From NCBI GenBank assembly GCA_002071175.1, contig MWER01000013.1, positions 71,412 to 135,411 on the forward strand: a stretch of 64,000 nucleotides of DNA, read 5' to 3'. Source of the DNA: Bacteroidetes bacterium ADurb.Bin037. GTDB taxonomy: Bacteria > Bacteroidota > Bacteroidia > Bacteroidales > UBA932. The position numbers and the translations under genes were made by a program. The notes below the pieces were generated by a model. That model ran no database searches, was not told where the DNA came from, and saw only the letters and a list, made by a program, of their open reading frames with translations. Of this stretch, positions 61,152 to 64,000 are shown piece after piece (the first letter of the stretch is position 1; each line of letters starts with the position of its first letter).

Positions 61152-64000
61152 TTATGATTTCTCAATATGAATAGACAAGGTGCCTCCTTCCCATTCGACG
61201 CTATGGGCTGAAGGGGGTGTGGAAGCTAATTTTATTTCCGTTGCTAGGACTTGTTGTGCAATGTATTGAGAAAAATCCTGAAGGGCATCTGAAACATCTT
61301 TTCTATCTTCCAGAACAACCTTTATCTTATCGGTGACTTCCAGGCCGATGTCTTTTCTCAGATTTTGGATACGGTTGACGAGTTCACGGGCGGTGCCTTC
61401 GCGCAGGAGGGCTTCGGTAATGGTGATGTCCAGGGCTACGGTCAGGGGTCCTTCAATAGCTATGAGCCAGCCGGGCATGTCCTGCGAATTGATGACAACA
61501 TCGTTTCTTTCTAAAAGGACGGGGCCGGATGGCAGGTTCAGGGTGTAGGTACCCTGTTCGACAGAGCTTTCCAGAAAAGCAATGTCTTCCTGGGAAAAGC
61601 CGCCAAGAGCAGCGGTAATGTCTTTCATTTGCGGACCGTATTTTTTCCCGAGAACTTTGAAGTTGGGTTTTACGGCCTTGAGAATTAAACCGGCGGTATC
61701 GTGGATAAATTCCATATCCTTGACGTTGACTTCGTTCAGGATGATCGTTCTCACCCGATCAAGTTTATCTGCCAGTGACGGATCCAGGACAGGCATGAGG
61801 ATCTTGCTAAGGGGCTGACGGACTTTGATATTGACTTTGCGGCGTAAGGCCAGCACCATCGAAGTGCAACGTTGAGCCAGGTCCATGCGTTCTTCCAGGT
61901 CAACGTCCACCAAGGTATGATCGACAGCGGGCATAAGTTCCAGGTGGACGGATCCGGATCCGGTCAGGTCCAGGAACAACCGTTCCATATAAACCGGGGC
62001 AAGGGGGGCACCCAGCAAGGCGACGGTTTTCAGACATTCAAAAAGTGTCTGGTAAGCGGCACGTTTATCCGTGTCCATATTGCCTCCCCAGAAGCGTTTC
62101 CGGTTCAGGCGCACGTACCAGTTGCTCAACTGGTCGCATACAAAGTCCTGAATCATTCTCCCGGCACCGGTCAGATCGTAATCTTCATAAGCGTTCAGGA
62201 CTTTTTCGGTCAAAGTATTTAGCAGCGATATGATCCAGCGGTCGATCTCTGGCCTGTCGGCTACAGGTACCCATTCCGGAGAGTCCGCGACGGCCCGGGC
62301 TGCCGTAAATCCGTCAACATTGGCGTAAAGGGCAAAAAAGGAATAGGTGTTGTAAAGTGTCCCGAAAAATTTGCGACGGACCTCGTCCACGCCACCTTCG
62401 TCAAAACGCATATTGTCCCACGGCTGGGCGTTGGTCAGCATGTACCAGCGCAGGGGATCGGCTCCGTAGGTATCGAGCAGCCTTATGGGATCGACGGTAT
62501 TACCCAGGCGTTTGCTCATTTTGTTACCGTTCTTGTCCAGTATCAGGCCGTTGGACAGAACGTTCCGGAAACATATCCGGTCGTTGACCATCGTTGCAAT
62601 GGCATGGAGCGTAAAGAACCACCCGCGGGTTTGATCTACGCCTTCTGCAATGAAATCGGCTATCTGGCCGAAAGCGGGAGTGCCGAGTTTTTCGAGTCCT
62701 TCCTGGGAAAAGGGCATGGAACCTGAGTCAAACCAAACATCGATCAGATCCGCCTCACGGTACATAGGCTTCCCATTGGCGGAAGCAAGGATCCATGTGT
62801 CTACAAAAGGCCGGTGCAGATCGATCCTGTCGTAGTTCCCGGAACTGAAATCACCGGGTACGAAGCCTTTGTCTCTAAGCGGGTTGGAGTCCATCAGACC
62901 TTTGGCAACCGACTCATCCAGGGCATCATACAATTCCCGGAGCGATCCTATGCAACGCTCTTCCTTGCCGTCTTCAGTGCGCCAGATGGGCAATGGTGTT
63001 CCCCAGAAGCGGCTGCGTGAGAGGTTCCAATCCTGCAGATTTTCCAGCCATTTGCCAAAGCGACCCGTACCGGTCGAAACCGGTTTCCAGTTAATGGTAT
63101 CGTTGAGTTCCATCATCCGCTCCTTTACGGCGGTTGTGCGGATAAACCAGGAGTCCAGCGGATAATAGAGCACGGGTTTATCGGTTCGCCAGCAATGGGG
63201 ATAATTGTGCACCATTTTTTCTATACGGTAGACCTGCCCGTTCTTTTTCAGCCACATGCAGATGTCCACATCCAGAGAATCCGCCTGATCGGCAGTTTCT
63301 TCAACGTCCCATTCCGGATCATACACGTTTTTTACGTAACGTCCGGCAAAAGGCCCGTAAGTATTGGCGTCCACCCGGGAGCTGACAAAGGCGGGATCCA
63401 GGTCTTCCAGACGGTAAAATTTTCCGGTCTTATCCACCATAGGACACAGGTTCCCGTTGGTGTCCCTCATCAGTAGGGCGGGTATATTGTATTTTTTGGC
63501 CACCTTGTTGTCATCATCCCCAAAAGTAGGAGCAATATGCACAATACCCGTACCTTCCTCCGTAGTGACAAAATCCCCGGTAACGACCCGGAACGCTCCT
63601 TCTCCCGGATTGACCCACGGGATAAGTTGCCGGTAGGATATGCCTTCCAGCCTGCTACCTGCAAAGGGATTTGATACTTGCTCCCAGGGTACGGCTTTGT
63701 CTCCCGGCTTGTAGGATTCCAATGGGATCTCCTTGTCCTTTTCCTGAAAGAGGGTTTCCCTCAGATCCTTGGCCATAACTACCGAAATGGGTTCCCCCGT
63801 ATAGGGATTGAAAGTGCGCAGCTTAACATACGAGATGGTCGGTCCTACGCAAAGGGCCGTATTGGAGGGCAGGGTCCACGGAGTAGTGGTCCATGCCAGG
63901 AAGAATACGCGCTCCCCTTCCCTTTCAAAGAGAAAACTGCTTGAGCTATCCTTTACGATCTCAAATTGTACGGTACAGGTGGTGTCCTTCACGTCTTTGT
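61152..64000 (-). CDS. ileS: Isoleucine--tRNA ligase, C-terminal ~950 codons (the N-terminus lies beyond the window end)
   Basis: KMSKS motif GNKMSKRLGN, plus editing and anticodon-binding regions. The frame remains open to 64000, and the track start at 63992 is only an internal Met. Confidence 0.95.
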   Translation of the reverse strand, partial: KDVKDTTCTVQFEIVKDSSSSFLFEREGERVFFLAWTTTPWTLPSNTALCVGPTISYVKLRTFNPYTGEPISVVMAKDLRETLFQEKDKEIPLESYKPGDKAVPWEQVSNPFAGSRLEGISYRQLIPWVNPGEGAFRVVTGDFVTTEEGTGIVHIAPTFGDDDNKVAKKYNIPALLMRDTNGNLCPMVDKTGKFYRLEDLDPAFVSSRVDANTYGPFAGRYVKNVYDPEWDVEETADQADSLDVDICMWLKKNGQVYRIEKMVHNYPHCWRTDKPVLYYPLDSWFIRTTAVKERMMELNDTINWKPVSTGTGRFGKWLENLQDWNLSRSRFWGTPLPIWRTEDGKEERCIGSLRELYDALDESVAKGLMDSNPLRDKGFVPGDFSSGNYDRIDLHRPFVDTWILASANGKPMYREADLIDVWFDSGSMPFSQEGLEKLGTPAFGQIADFIAEGVDQTRGWFFTLHAIATMVNDRICFRNVLSNGLILDKNGNKMSKRLGNTVDPIRLLDTYGADPLRWYMLTNAQPWDNMRFDEGGVDEVRRKFFGTLYNTYSFFALYANVDGFTAARAVADSPEWVPVADRPEIDRWIISLLNTLTEKVLNAYEDYDLTGAGRMIQDFVCDQLSNWYVRLNRKRFWGGNMDTDKRAAYQTLFECLKTVALLGAPLAPVYMERLFLDLTGSGSVHLELMPAVDHTLVDVDLEERMDLAQRCTSMVLALRRKVNIKVRQPLSKILMPVLDPSLADKLDRVRTIILNEVNVKDMEFIHDTAGLILKAVKPNFKVLGKKYGPQMKDITAALGGFSQEDIAFLESSVEQGTYTLNLPSGPVLLERNDVVINSQDMPGWLIAIEGPLTVALDITITEALLREGTARELVNRIQNLRKDIGLEVTDKIKVVLEDRKDVSDALQDFSQYIAQQVLATEIKLASTPPSAHSVEWEGGTLSIHIEKS

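Overview
This 64-kb window looks like a Bacteroidota (Bacteroidales-like) chromosome segment. Supporting evidence is a SusC/SusD pair, TAnnTTTG -7 promoter boxes before many genes, and the rsmG-rpmH-PASTA-rluD and rplU-rpmA arrangements. By eye there are three compositional compartments. (i) 1..~3400 is an AT-rich (~33% GC) accessory block. It holds a truncated PP-loop/PAPS-reductase-family gene and an Mrr-like nuclease gene, and it abuts tRNA-Leu(TAG). (ii) ~3400..46800 and 59950..64000 are ~50% GC core. The core carries zupT, glycerate kinase, queD, polA, rsmG, rpmH, rluD, ruvC, serS, rplU/rpmA, a cobB-like sirtuin, purL, lspA, ileS and tRNA-Val. (iii) ~46800..59850 is a lower-GC (~35-42%) block. 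It carries a divergent GAPDH paralog, an S9 peptidase, a YidE/YbjL-type transporter, a SusC/SusD pair, an IS3 orfA relic and an AbiEi/AbiEii module with a decayed toxin gene, and it ends at the 3' end of tRNA-Ser(CGA). I saw no rRNA, CRISPR array, integrase or intact transposase. The candidates for something undescribed are listed here. First, the tightly coupled P-loop NTPase + cysteine-less sirtuin (+FAD/Fe-S oxidase) operon at 27466..32134. Second, the overlapping DUF6057-like polytopic membrane protein + CxxCH beta-propeller lipoprotein pair at 43552..46777. Third, the truncated PAPS-reductase-like/Mrr-like block at the left edge. Fourth, the hemerythrin + pseudo-receiver LuxR pair at 4491..5767. 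All family assignments come from motif recognition by eye, with no database search. GC values are eyeballed from short samples.
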